From assembly GCA_040954595.2 (NCBI GenBank), contig CM082596.2, positions 7,394,468 through 7,458,467 on the forward strand: DNA of 64,000 bases. Direction: 5' to 3'. A program made the position numbers and the translations under genes. Source of the DNA: Balanoglossus misakiensis (lineage: Eukaryota > Animalia > Hemichordata). The first letter of the stretch is position 1. Every line of letters starts with the position of its first letter. This document shows positions 41,739 to 54,536 of this stretch, piece after piece. Below the pieces are notes generated by a model. That model did no database searches. It saw only the letters and a list, made by a program, of their open reading frames with translations, and was not told the DNA's origin.

Positions 41739-44308
41739 TTAATAAATGAACATGTATTCACTAATGTCCGCTTACTAGTACAGTTTAAATAGCCATTGTT
41801 TGCCTGTTAGAAATTTAACCCCCAAAATCAGGAAGTTGATATCATCTAACCGATTTACTAGTTGCGTTATAATGCAACCTGATAGCGTGTGACAGGTTAC
41901 GGTATTATTGGAAAATATCCGGGTGTTTTTTCAGTTTGCGATGAAAAATCTCGCGGTCAAATGTGAGCCAAGGGTAAAGAATCATTGGACAGGTTTTACA
42001 TTTAATGCTTGTTCTTGGAAATGGTGAGCGGTCATTAAAGTGACAAAGCCGCCTGTATTTCATTTTGTTTCGTTTCATATTGCAGATATTGAACGCCCTG
42101 CATCTGAAACAGTTCAAGTGTAGCCTACGTCATCAGAGAACTGCTCATATAGATGGGCGTAGGCGCATGTGCAAATACAGCGACTTCTTCATAATTTCAG
42201 ACGCGCCCCATAAACTACGTCATTAACTTATCTACGTGTGGATGGACTGCAACTCCAAAGCCCAATGATGAGATATGTTTCGGGACAGAACAAAAGCAAA
42301 CATGTCAAAATAAACTGACTCTGTCGTGTCCACGCAAACAAAATGCAGGAGAATATTTGCCTGTATTGAGGGGTGTCGTTCGGCGGCGCAAATCTGTTTC
42401 ATATTATACTAAGACTCATTTGAACGTTTCCTTAAAATAGGTCAATGTGGCAGATACCGGGTCGTGTTTTCGCAATCCCTACGCGAATTCGTGGAAACGT
42501 GTGTTGATTCTCTCGAGGCGACGGTGAATTATGTCTACGTCTCCTTCCAAACGCTTTCTACGTCTCGAAATATATTTCCGTCACTTCATAGCTTACATGC
42601 ACGCGGCGAGTCTAAAACAGTACAAGTTCTTGTAGATGACAGTATTTTCTAAGCACAAAGTACAATGTAGGTGCGTACGTCTTTTTTTAACCGAAATAAA
42701 TCAAAATTAATTGAACGTTAATTGAATTAACGTTTTGTACCACATGCGCACCGTGACTGATTCCGGCAATTGAAGAACTCGATGACGTCACATGATCTTT
42801 TGGAAGCCCTTTAAAGACTCTGACGTATGCTATGACGGTTGCGCGGTTGCATGTTTCGTGTTATTAAAGCTGTGATGTGCAGACTTTAAGTCGGTTTGTA
42901 GATCAAACGCCCAGAAAGTATTCTCCCTGAAGCGTGCGGATTACTGAAAACCCAGTTCAGCTAAGGGTTTTGGGGTCTTTAGCCAAAGACAGTGGAGATA
43001 CGCGGTTTGCTCCAAATGCTTGAGGCGCGCGTAAAGGGCCGACGTCTCTTTAAAAGCGCATGTCCCTTTATCAACAAGATATCATCTGGAATGATAGGGA
43101 TGTCAATTATGGAACAACCACTGGAAAAGCATAAACGGCAGACTTACCTAACCACAAAGGCTAACCGCAATGAGCTCGGACTCTCTCCGGGGCTGGACTC
43201 AAATCGCCGAGTGTAGGGCCTTTACCTTCGAGATAAAAAAAAAGTGTCCGTTACGAAAGAGGAAGGCTGTTGAAATGAGGAACTGACCGGCTGGCAACCA
43301 ACGAAACAGAGCAGGAAAAAACAGGAGCGCGGTGTACATCAGCGCACGCACGCACACCCTCTGACAAACAAGCGCTGAAAAGAGCGTACTATTAGAATCT
43401 GGTCACGGCGGTTTGGTCATGTGGTGCAGGGGATCGCTGTAACAAGTACTGACGCCCACAGGCGCAAAGGCAGCCCGGACACAAACAAAATACGCGCGGC
43501 CGCGCAATTGCCCAGGGGCGTCGATTGTTTTTCTCCCCGTATCACCTTACCTATTGCCTCGAAAACAGCAGCTTGGTTGCCACTCAAGGCGGCTTTTTTA
43601 ATTCGCTCTGCAACGCGAGTTTGTCTCTGTTGTTTTTGACTGTCGCCCGCGCAGATATTCTGGTGTTTCGGCCCGCAGGAGTTGAGGTGGGGGGGGGGGG
43701 GGGGCTGGAAGACTCCCCGGCCGCCGCGACACAATGATTTTTTTTACGACCACGCTCTTCAAACACGCTCTCAACAGCGTCCGCCGGCTGTCCCATTCTC
43801 GGAGAAAGGGTGGGGGTCACGCGAGGTCACCCGGGATGTCAACACGACAAGGCGGCTATGACACTGGAACCAGAAAATGGTCCGGCGTATGGCCTAATCA
43901 ATCACGGGGGCATTTCAATATTTCAGCCCCGGGGCGCTTACTTGAATCCTGGTTAGACTACACTGCCTCCTGAATACTAAATCATCATCTGGGCATGGTC
44001 AATCAACAGATGACGATACACTGTACACAGTGCTTAGTAATTTAAAGTAAGAAGATGGGAGGAGGGGGTGGGAGGGGAGGGTGTCTATTTATATCGACGT
44101 TAAACCAGAGCACTGGCAGAAACGGGAACTGCGTAACAAAAGACGGGCGGGTGGTGTTCTCAGATTTGAACTGTAAGAAGATGAGGTGGAGATTGGCGTA
44201 TAAGGAAATTGACAGGTCAACTGACATGGAGGAGTGTAGGGCAAAGACCGGTACCAGGTACAGGGGATGGGTGGTCATGGGAGGAGTAGGGCGGCAGAGG
44301 GAGAACAG

Positions 44309-44558
44309 TAGACCATTTTCCGAAATCCACGAGACCGTACGAGATGTCGCGTGGTTGGACAGTTTATATGGGAGGACACTTTCATGTGACGCAGGACAGA
44401 CAACACATGGCCCATCTTGTTAAACGGCACTAAAATTACATTTTTTGTTAAATTCTGCACCTATTCTAGTTTCGCATTTGCATTTCTTGGCCAGCAACCC
44501 GTTCCTAGGGTAATTGACAAAGTCTCGCGAGATCTCGCAATGAGCGGGAAATCATCTG
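44309..44558 (+). mobile_element. Repeat family C copy 2
   Basis: TAGACCATTTTCCG...GTCTCGCGAGATCTCGCAATGAGCGGGAAATCATCTG; inverted relative to 39778-40036. Confidence 0.85.
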
Positions 44559-45606
44559 ACGGAGAGAGAAAATAGAGAGCGGGAGATTGGAATGATGGGT
44601 AGACTGGGGTTGTTTGGAGAAGCGCCGCGTGTTACATATTGTAGGGAAATGCCAATCATTCGCATCTCTGCGACCGGGGGTATAGGGGGGTCGCACTTCC
44701 CCGCGAACCACTCACAATGGAAAGACAACCCAAGAAATGGCGCAGGACTCGGGCTTATAATTGAAACCATTAGCGCAAAATGTCCGCGATGGCGTTGAGG
44801 AGTATCGGGTGACGGATACTAGAGAACGTCAAAATAGTTACATGCAATTACTATTTCTTTGATAATCCTTTCGGAGTACCGTGTTGACCGTTGCCGCGGC
44901 AGCCGGCATTCCAGTCCGTGACCGCCGGGAAGAGGTCGGTCGGTCGGTGACTGGCATGAAAAACACAATGAACTCGTGAAGTCCTGTGATGGGTCTTAAT
45001 CGACAAGTGATGTTTTTTTGCGTGGGAATTTTACCTGTGTTGGTCAAAATAGCGCCGAATCCTCGGCTGTAGAGCCCTGGCCTGACCTAATTACGCGTGC
45101 AAATGCAACAAGCAAGAAGAGTTTATGTCTGTGACAGGCACAATGTCCAAGTTTTACGTTACAAGTGACCAAAAGATTAGAAAAAATACGTTTCATTTCA
45201 AATTTCAATTTCTTGCATAATGCGGACACCTAAACTATTCAGTTGTATCCATGTGAGTCTATGGTGAGATTCTGTTACGGAGTAGAATAAAAGTGCTCGA
45301 AAGTTATTTTCAAAATTAACACTGTTCTCTGTATGACCTAACGTATTTGGTTCCCTTAAAATCAAAATTTGCGATTTTCAACAGGCAAAGAAACGACCGT
45401 CACACACGACGAGCCCGTTGCAAGTTTTGTGCATGTGATAAATGAATGACGCAATGACTGACAGGTCGCTGTAATTGGCACGTAATCTACGAACTTCGAC
45501 GTATTGCTGAGTCGACCACACGCACGACACTGCAACGACTACGAACGTACAGACACCAACAAGTGCCTGTAGTAATCGAATGATATTAGTACATGTACCT
45601 CGCTAA

Positions 45607-45790
45607 AGAAACGGTCACCTATGGAAATTTAGCTACAGTTACTATGGCAAACTTGAGATCTAGCCAATCACGGATTTTCAGTGGGTGGCACACCCGAAAA
45701 ATAGAGCGCCACCATCTGTTCTTTAGAACCCTCAAATACGCCATTTCAGCCATATATGGCTGTATGTAAATTGGAGGTGACTGTATACCT
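45607..45790 (-). mobile_element. MITE family B, near full-length copy
   Basis: Reverse-complement match to 63807-63991 over the whole length. The right end is AGGTGACTGTATACCT|TTAT; the left end is degenerate. Confidence 0.9.
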
Positions 45791-46612
45791 TTATTATGTC
45801 TCAGCGCGTACATGAAAGAACACGCACCACTCTAACATACAAGCAGTTTTAAATTCTGTATAACATCCGCCTCTCATTAAAGAGGAACGACACCCACAAT
45901 TTTGGGCTTCAAAGTCCAAACCGGGTGTCAAAAACGGCAACGTTCCGATGGGTTAATTCACTTTCACTTCCTGCGCAAGCAGAAGACGCGAGTTGAAAAT
46001 ACTACTGTGACGTCAGCAACTTGCGTTGCAGTCGACGCGCAGGGCTCTTACACGTTCGACGTGTCATTTCCAATAAACAGACACATTTTGCGCGGATCTG
46101 ACATGGCGAAATGTCAAGTTCATGACTTTAAAAACATATTCGGAAAATCGACGGGGATAAGTTTCTTTCAAAGGCAATGCTCTACGTGTATTGTATTTGT
46201 CGATGCGTGCAGACATAGACCCTGCAATGTCCAAGATGCCATGCATGTCGACGTTTATGAACAAACCGTAAGGCCTATACAAAGTTGTTCTAACTGCCGC
46301 TGATAATAATAAACGTACCGTTTTAAATCCTTCCTGCACGTTTTTTGGTACACGTATTTGGGTTTAATTTCCATTTATTGACGATCGCATAGTTATCAAA
46401 TGAAAGCAACTAAAAAGGGCAGTTTTAATACATTTCAAGAGACGAAACATGCATAATAACTATGGTATTGGCTTCCATTATACTACGGACGTACTACACC
46501 TGGAGAGCAGGACGATGCACCTTCGTTCTCTTCAACTCCATAAAAGGTGACAAAGTATTTTTGTAAGAAAAGTGGTTCGAAAAGGTGACAACGAGGGAGA
46601 GACAACAAGGGA

Positions 46613-46642
46613 GTTTCACCCATGGAGTGTCTATGGTTTCAC
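46613..46642. mobile_element. Putative P/Galileo-like transposon footprint (16-bp insert between 7-bp direct repeats)
   Basis: GTTTCAC|C-CATGGAGTGTCTATG|GTTTCAC; the 15-bp core differs from the 5756-5770 insert at 3 positions. Confidence 0.6.
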
Positions 46643-48410
46643 TGAAACCACACCAAGTGTAAGCCTTGACAAACGGGACACATCGGAGATCAGAACTGCA
46701 TGAACTTTTGTCCTCTGTAAAATTCAGTCGCTTGGTCGTAGAAGGGAATCTCTGGTTCAAAATTGTAGCCTACTACCCGAGAATATGTTGCCATGCTAAC
46801 GTCGTCGGTCGCGTGAGTGCAGGCGTGTATAAGCATAGGCTCGCTCCAACGCGTCGGCAGCGGACAACAGTTGCTGACGTCACTCACTTCCGGGTTCGCG
46901 CAGTTTTTGGCTGGCTGTAGCTCTGTTATGCGTAAGTGAAAGTGAATGAAACCAACGTTTTTCATAGTACTTTTTAATCGCATTTCGCCGAATTGGCTCA
47001 AAAACGGATCACAACGTTCCACTTTAAATTAGAGCGGCGGGTACGAACTCAATCTTTTAAGTTCGTCCTTGTACATGTAATGTAATCACCAGTTCGTGTT
47101 CACCAGATAATTCCAACAGATCTGCACCATACACACATGTCATCATCGCTCTTATAACGCGGCCACATAAAAATATCATCAATATAGATATCGCCTTTTG
47201 AAGTCGCTGCCAAACAAACAACTACCAGTGAAAATTTCAGTTTAGGACAATTTTTCGGTCGAATTCTTAGAAACCCGTGTGTGTGGGGGGGGGGGGGGCT
47301 TTGAGCCCACATTGGCTGACTTAAGTCGGAATCAAACGTGCTACAGTCGCCTTATTGATTTTTAAAAAATGCCTGTTTTCGCTCTTTTTTACACGCGTTC
47401 TCAGTGTGAGCGCGGGGTCGCTTACATGAGAAGGCCCACCACTCGGTCGGTCTGTGAAGTGCGTCGAAAACAAATAACCACGGTTCAAAACTACACACGG
47501 AATAATACGTGCCACGTGTGGGGCGTCCGAGAAACCTCCAGAAAGTCATGAAGGAACGAAATGTATACGCCGCACCGCCCTTTCCATGTCTTTCACTCGA
47601 ACACATATGTAGATCTCGTCGAACGCGAAATCTTGTCGAAGTGCTTTAATGATCAGACAAAGGACGCCGAAGAAGTATCCCTTTCTCAAGGAAATTCGCC
47701 ATTTTTGCGACAGATGCCAAGAAAGTAAGAAAATTGCAGTATGACCCTCAAACCGCCCAGAAATTTAAAAAGAATCATTTATATGTAATATCTTGCAAAA
47801 CTTCCGTATTATCTTTTATCTTCAGTATTGACATACATCACTCAAATGAGGATCATGCCATTTAAAATGATTCAAACTACTTTAAAATAAATTATTGATC
47901 TTTGGGTATCAGAAAGTAAAAGCTCTTTAGAGTGTGTCCCAGTTGTTTACAACACAGGCATGTGTTAATATCGACAATGCCATATGAAACCACACAAAGG
48001 GATCTTAATTTGATTACTAGCCTAACTGTATTTCCCCTTTTTAACAGAAATATCAAATTTCATAGTGATGCGAAGAAAATAGAAAGACAACATGGTAACG
48101 GACAGTATACAATTGCAAAATTTCACTACATCTGTTTAGTTCGTCATCAAAAGTGTTGTTGATTTGTCTCGTAAAAGACTATATTGTTGTCAGTGGTACA
48201 TGCAGAATAGAGAACTCAATAGGAGCGAGTATTCATATCGACATTTTTGAGTTTCGTGACAAAGAGATCCCGTTATATCTTGTAAACATTCTGGCCGTGT
48301 GGCGAGCACAAAATTTGACTGTATAAGACAGTGACAGACCGAGAGTGGTGAAATACTGGCATATTTTTTCTGTTAATGCGCATGCGCGCTAACCCGAAAA
48401 AGTCGGTTAA

Positions 48411-48756
48411 AGGGACAAAGTCTCTCTCGCTGCCCTTTTTTCCATTATTTATGTTTGATACAAGACATTGTTTATGTTAATGTACATGTGGATATATAGT
48501 GAATCAATGATCAACCACACAAAACTTCCATCCCACTTGTATGATATGAGAGCAAAAACTCGCCCAAAATGAATAAATGGTAAAGAACGATTATTCATTT
48601 TGGCGAGTTATTCACTCTCCCGTCTATAAGAGGGATGGAAGTTGTGTGTGGTTGAACGTTCATTCACTATTTATCCACATGTAGAATAACAAACGGTGTC
48701 TTGTATCAGATATAATTAATGGAAAAAAAGGGCAGCGAGGGAGAGACTTTGTCCCT
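48411..48756. mobile_element. MITE family F: 346-bp palindromic (foldback) element with TTAA target duplication (Kolobok/T2-like)
   Basis: TTAA|AGGGACAAAGTCTCTCTCGCTGCCCTTTTTTCCATT ... AATGGAAAAAAAGGGCAGCGAGGGAGAGACTTTGTCCCT|TTAA. The arms stay complementary up to a short central loop near 48576-48590. Confidence 0.93.
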
Positions 48757-51484
48757 TTAAGAGATGACGTTACCCTTTCGCTAAAGTCGGATCTGGGACG
48801 CGACAGAGTCGGGCTGTTTCCGCCCCTCATAAATTCTCAGAACAAAAGCTCGCCGACATCACGTCGTATTATGTGTACAGCTATAAAAATGGGATATCGC
48901 TTGGATATATGTCATTAAGTACATCTAAAATTAAAAGACGTTGACAATCTTGAAGGTGGAAGGCGCTCAAATTTTCTGGGTGGCACTATGAAATATTAAA
49001 TAACATAAATTGACTTATTGTCATTTCCGATCGCCATATTGTTACCGCGGCGGTATTTAGTTTACTGTCGACAAAGCCAACTCTCAGCCCAGCTGCAGAA
49101 AACACTGTAATTAAACCATTTTAATTTCAGTGCCTGCAATGATCAGTTTGCAAACGATGCAGTTAACATTGCATTGTTTGTGGTATCATCGATATTAAAA
49201 TGATCAAGTGTTCTATGTTAAAACAGGGATCGGCGGGGAAGCAATGCATTATATATTGGGCGCGCGCCGGTGACCAATAAAACCGTCTTCTTTTTCAACG
49301 CAAATATGACGTCACGTCAAGCTATACACGACAGTATTTTTCATCTTTGCCGTGACTTTGAACCTAATGGAGGGGGGGGGGGGCAGGGCCCCATTTTGTA
49401 CACAAAAACTAAAGTAATTTCCTTAAAGTTAATAAAGATGCTATCTTTTGGTATTATTGTGGTCATTTCTTCAACAAAATATGCGGAATGTTGGATTCTG
49501 GGAATTGCGCTCACGCCCTTGCGCAAATACAACATTTAATGGTACCTACGTGCAATTATTCCAGTCTGCGAGTAGGTGTCAGTCCGGGTGTGTCAGTTGA
49601 GCTGTGATCACAGGCCTTTCGGTATTTTTAGCATCAACTGGGGGATGAAACGCGTATCTGTGGCTTTGGGAACAGAAGAACATCCGTAATATCCTGCGTG
49701 AGACAAAAATAGAGATTTCAGTGTCAAAAGGCAGGGCTTTGACCGCGCGGCACAATGAACAAAATATTTCAACATCTGTCACCTGGTCGGCTGGTACAAA
49801 GCGCGACTGATAATGAAATACTCTGACAAAAAAGACCCGCCTTGTTTGTTTTTGTTTCTGTTCGGTCGTCTATCAAACTTAGTGTCAGTTGCCACAAAGT
49901 TGTAATAACATTTACAACGCAGTCTGCACTGTTTCACCACACACACACACACGCGCGCAAACGGCAAAATGTCACGTTTAATGTTGTCATAGAAACAAGA
50001 CACTCAGGCGAGACTGTCCGTAAGTTATTGAGTGTAACGGTCTCTTCTCGCGCAGAAAAGTGGATTGTGCCTTTAAATCCCGGGCGACTGAAATTCCTCA
50101 AGCATTGCATTGTTTCGGCGAACTGCCGTAAGCAAGGCTTAGCCCGGAGTTTAAACAGGTGTCCTGACTGTTAGAGCCATTCGCCGAGAAGGAAACGGTT
50201 GCCTTCCTACGACGGGACTCCAGGTATGCGGAGGTATACGTTATAGTGTTGACATAACCATAAGGTCGACCTAGTACCTCCTTCATACTCAAGCGCCAAC
50301 ATGAGCGATCTCAATTTTCCCCATGTCGAAAAATTCTCTCGACATTTTTATTCTCCAATAGATCTTATCTGCAAGACAGTCCTTTCAAGGGCGAAATCGC
50401 GCATTTTAGTGCAAGTCTCGTTCGCGGTCGGTTTGTGGAGTGGGTCTCTAACTCAAACACATGTTCAACAGCTGTGAGATACATAGTTTTGAAAACAGAA
50501 CGCAAATCACAATAGCGTCGACATAAATCCGGCGAACATGCACGGCACTGCTCACGGAGCGTAGCTGCGATGCGAGAGCTAAGACCGAATAAGCAAGACG
50601 GACAATGTTGCTACGATCCCGCACCAATATATTGATCCGAGAAACGATGACCCGAACTCGACGTGGTCTTAAAGAAAACAATGAAATAAATTCGGAGGCA
50701 AGATTGATGGAAAGAAATCTGACAATACAAAACTTTGCCCAAGTCATACATGTGCCGCGGTATGCGCAGCGGTTTTAAGACAAGAAAAGCTTTGCATTTT
50801 CCATAATGATCAGGAGTGCCGGAATCTCTAACGCCATGCTGACAACTGTAATGCGCCCGGTGACGCTCTGGGGCGAGGCGTGCGACGATTCAACACCTTC
50901 CTTAGCTTTCAATCACCCATTTTCTTCAATTTCAAACTGACAGCCTTTTTCACTTCCCCAGTCACAGCGCTTCATGTGCAGCCATGGCAACAATCGTATG
51001 TTTTCTGTCGAATATTGGAATTCCAAGACTCGACGGGAAGGGGAGTTTTATAAAGAGCAGTGCTACAGAAGTACATGTACAGTGAAAATAGCGCGCAAGC
51101 TCGCACGTTTCCTTCACTCGGTGTCCCCCCAAAAGCCAGACGCGCGAGGATAGCCAAAACAAGGCACTTGAAGTCTCGCGTGATCTGTCCCACTTTGTTT
51201 GAAAGGACTTGGCCAGACATTTAAATCACTTGGTCAGGCCATACGGAAATTTACGACAGAGTATTATCATTTTCAGCGGTGTGCGTCACGCGCCAGTTTC
51301 GTCGTGAAGGGCCAATAAAAAACTCGGTGGAATACTGGGTCTTGCTTGGATAAATTATTCACAGGGATATGAAATTGATTTACGGCAGAAAATAACGCGA
51401 ACTCAAGCATCAGACTCATATATTGACAATGTGACAATAAAACTCGGGGCTCGGTACGTGCCTTCGTGCATCTCTATGTACTAT

Positions 51485-51591
51485 TATGTATGTATGTACT
51501 TACGTTGTATGTATGTATGTATGTATGTATGTATGTATGTATGTATGTATGTATGTATGTATGTATGTATGTATGTATGTATGTATGTATG

Positions 51592-51622
<31 letters not shown>

Positions 51623-51782
51623 CTATGTAACTATGTATGTATGTATGTATGTATGTATGTATGTATGTATGTATGTATGTATGTATGTAGGTATGTATGT
51701 ATGTATGTATGTATGTATGTATGTATGTATGTATGTATGTATGTATGTACATGTCTATCTATCCAATCTATCTATCTATACA

Positions 51783-51819
<37 letters not shown>

Positions 51820-51830
51820 TTGTCTATTCA
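51485..51830. repeat. (TATG)n microsatellite followed by (TCTA)/(TCTG)n
   Basis: About 260 bp of TATG units with few interruptions, then TCTA/TCTG units. Confidence 0.98.
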
Positions 51831-51988
51831 TATGCTGCCTGTAAGTCTAACCATGCTAACTGACCATCCATGGCGCTACACGCAGAGAACAGTTCCACGA
51901 TGTATGTAGAGGAACTATTCGCGGCCCGTGTGCAGTGTGACCTGCATATCTGTGTCATCTCAATACTTATAAAATATGGCAATTCGTG

Positions 51989-52342
51989 TTATCAGAGGTA
52001 AACAAGACTTCACACGTTTCCGAGTTTTTAGACAAGATAAAGGTTACCTATGAACAATAATATAAATGTAAATGAGTCGAAACTCGATGAACCGGCAAAC
52101 TTTGCTGATACTGACCTACCGACAAAGGCACACAGCTTGTAAAGTGACATTGTCGGCTAAAAGTACGAACAACTATTATTCAGATGTACGTTTATAAGTT
52201 TGTTATCGTTGATAGTCGAGTTGTCCGGCCAGCTGGATAAGATGAAATCCAACCATTTATCAAACAAACGTCTAATCAGTTATCTAACAACCAAACAATT
52301 GTTTAATTAAACATTTATTTCATAACCTGGCTGCCAAGATAA
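51989..52342. promoter_or_regulatory. Candidate cis-regulatory module (GATA + Fox + Sox motif cluster)
   Basis: WGATAR sites at 51989, 52035, 52210, 52257, 52280 and 52337, plus GATAA at 52203 and 52236. GTAAACA at 51998; AACAAT at 52053 and 52294. Motif content only. Confidence 0.3.
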
Positions 52343-54089
52343 CCGATACCAGCGGTTTCGGGCGATATTACAAAACATCGAACTTCGTGCGAGGTACTAC
52401 ATGTAGGTCCCCGCTACATGTTACGATGTGCATATCGGATTCCTTTCGCTCCGCTCACCTTCAAGGAGTTGCGCGCTGCGCATTGATACATGTATATAGT
52501 GTACACAGCACAATATGTGGTGTGACAACTACAATAGTCACGGACAACGAGGTCCAATGTCTATACGTGCAAGAAAACATATACGTGTGTGCGACCACCA
52601 GGCTTACGTTCTACGCCTACCTATACGAAGACATAATGTTCATACCTTTTCTCAATCGTCCGGGAAACACGCCTTAAATCTTACGACCGACTGTCCTGGA
52701 CGTTCCCTTCCTCAGCAGATCCGTGCACAGGACCAACTCTGCGGTGCGGTGTGTGCATGCGACGGACAGAAACGCGCAGACGACCGACGTGGCTTGTTGT
52801 CTGTCACCCTTCGGTGGAACATGAAATGGGCGGAGTTTTCCCGCCGTCTATATTGTCATGCTAAATGAATAGTAAGTCGCGCATGCGCGGCGTGGGGACG
52901 TCAACGGATGCCGACTGGACGTATCGTTCAGTTCTTTATAGGTGGGCCGGCCGGGCCGGACGTTCCACAACAACGAACTGCCAAGTTTATACAAAGAATT
53001 GCGAAAACAAAAGCAGGAATTCCAGCCATACGGTGTGTACACCGGCTATATGTAGGCCTTTACACCGGCATTTGAAACCCAGAGAGCGCCCACTTATGCG
53101 AACATGTTTTCCGTGAGATGACCTTTGACATCTCTCAACGGCGGTAGAGCCGGGCGAGTGGCATACGCAACATTTTAAACACATGTTCTCAGATCGGATT
53201 ACCCCGCCCATTAAAATTAGAAAATTGCTTTAATTTAGAAAAAACAGTCGCGAAACTGAATGATATTATTCCACAGACTGGTATTTTTTGTAAAACTGCA
53301 ACAAGTAAAACTCCTGAAAAGTACAGTTCTAGATAAGAAGTCAACTTAACTTTTGTAAAAAAAATGTGCAGCTACAAAACTTCACGCAATCCACTACCTT
53401 TTTCAGGGTGTATCCACACACATCAGATCTGTCCATGAGAAACTAAGACTGCATTTCACTTAGTGCAATAAATCTCCCCCATGGCAAACACTTTCCACGG
53501 CGTTTCCCACACTTAAACTACACCCGAAGAAAAATTGATTTTTCGAGATTTATTAGCGTACGCTGAGCAGTATTTTCCCTGAAACAAATTGTTGCCCGTT
53601 CCTTTTCTATTTCATCTATCGACTTGTAAAACCGGCTGGAGAGGGTTTAATTTATAGCCATCAGCAATAACATCGGTGCGGTATGCTGTTGGATTGCAAT
53701 GTTCCTGGCATCAGAATCATGAACGCGTTTACAGTCGACCTTTGGGGGTCTTGATTTATCGTAAACTAACAGTATAAATAGAACATGGCTCAAGACACAA
53801 CTTGTGTAAAATGCCCCCCCCCCCCCTCACATACATATATCCTTCAAATGTATAAGCCAGCGGCGGTTTTCGCTTGGTTAGGACCGACTGGTTGAGTCAA
53901 GGTAGGCGCGTCTCTAAGAAATGCGTGGCAACGATCAGATATTTACCCCCCCCCCCCTTCTAAGTAATACACGAAAGCATAGCCCCTGCAACTCTCATTT
54001 TGGACTATTTTGGGGGTATACCGGTATTTTTCCCATGTATCAACTCAATTTTCTTGTTATGGATAGCTTTATGAAATGTTCCGTCTTTA

Positions 54090-54196
54090 GCTTCTCAACA
54101 AAGCCTGTACATGAGTAACCGCCATAGTTGTTGCTGACAACCTGAACGAATTCAAGTCCGGGCTTGAATTCAATTTTCAACAATAGCAAGTTACTG
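54090..54196 (+). repeat. Dispersed repeat family D, copy 2
   Basis: Aligns with 40869-40969; contains GAATTCAAGTCCGGGCTTGAATTC (54148-54171). Confidence 0.75.
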
Positions 54197-54351
54197 GGGA
54201 TTTACATTGTAAAACATGCATCTACTAGGAACAAGTTTCGATGTGTGGCCAGCAATCTCGTATGTCACCACGCCCTTATTTCTGTTGTATCACAAAGCCA
54301 CCTTTGACCCTTAGTGGGCAGATATATGAAGCTATGGCCGTAATAAATTAA

Positions 54352-54536
54352 AGGGACAAAGTCTCTCTCTCTCTCGCTGCCCTTTTCCCATTAATTATGT
54401 TTGATACAAGACACCGTTGTATATGTAGTGAATGAACGTTCAACCACACACAACTTCCATCCCGCCTGTATGATATGAGAGTTAAAATCTCGACAAATTG
54501 AATAAACGGTAGAGACCGATTATTCATTTGGGCGAG
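54352..54536 (+). mobile_element. MITE family F half copy (one arm plus loop)
   Basis: TTAA|AGGGACAAAGTCTCTCTCTCTCTCGCTGCCC... follows 48411 onward through the loop (GAATAAACGGTAGAGACCGATTATTCATTTGGGCGAG), then stops. Confidence 0.9.
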
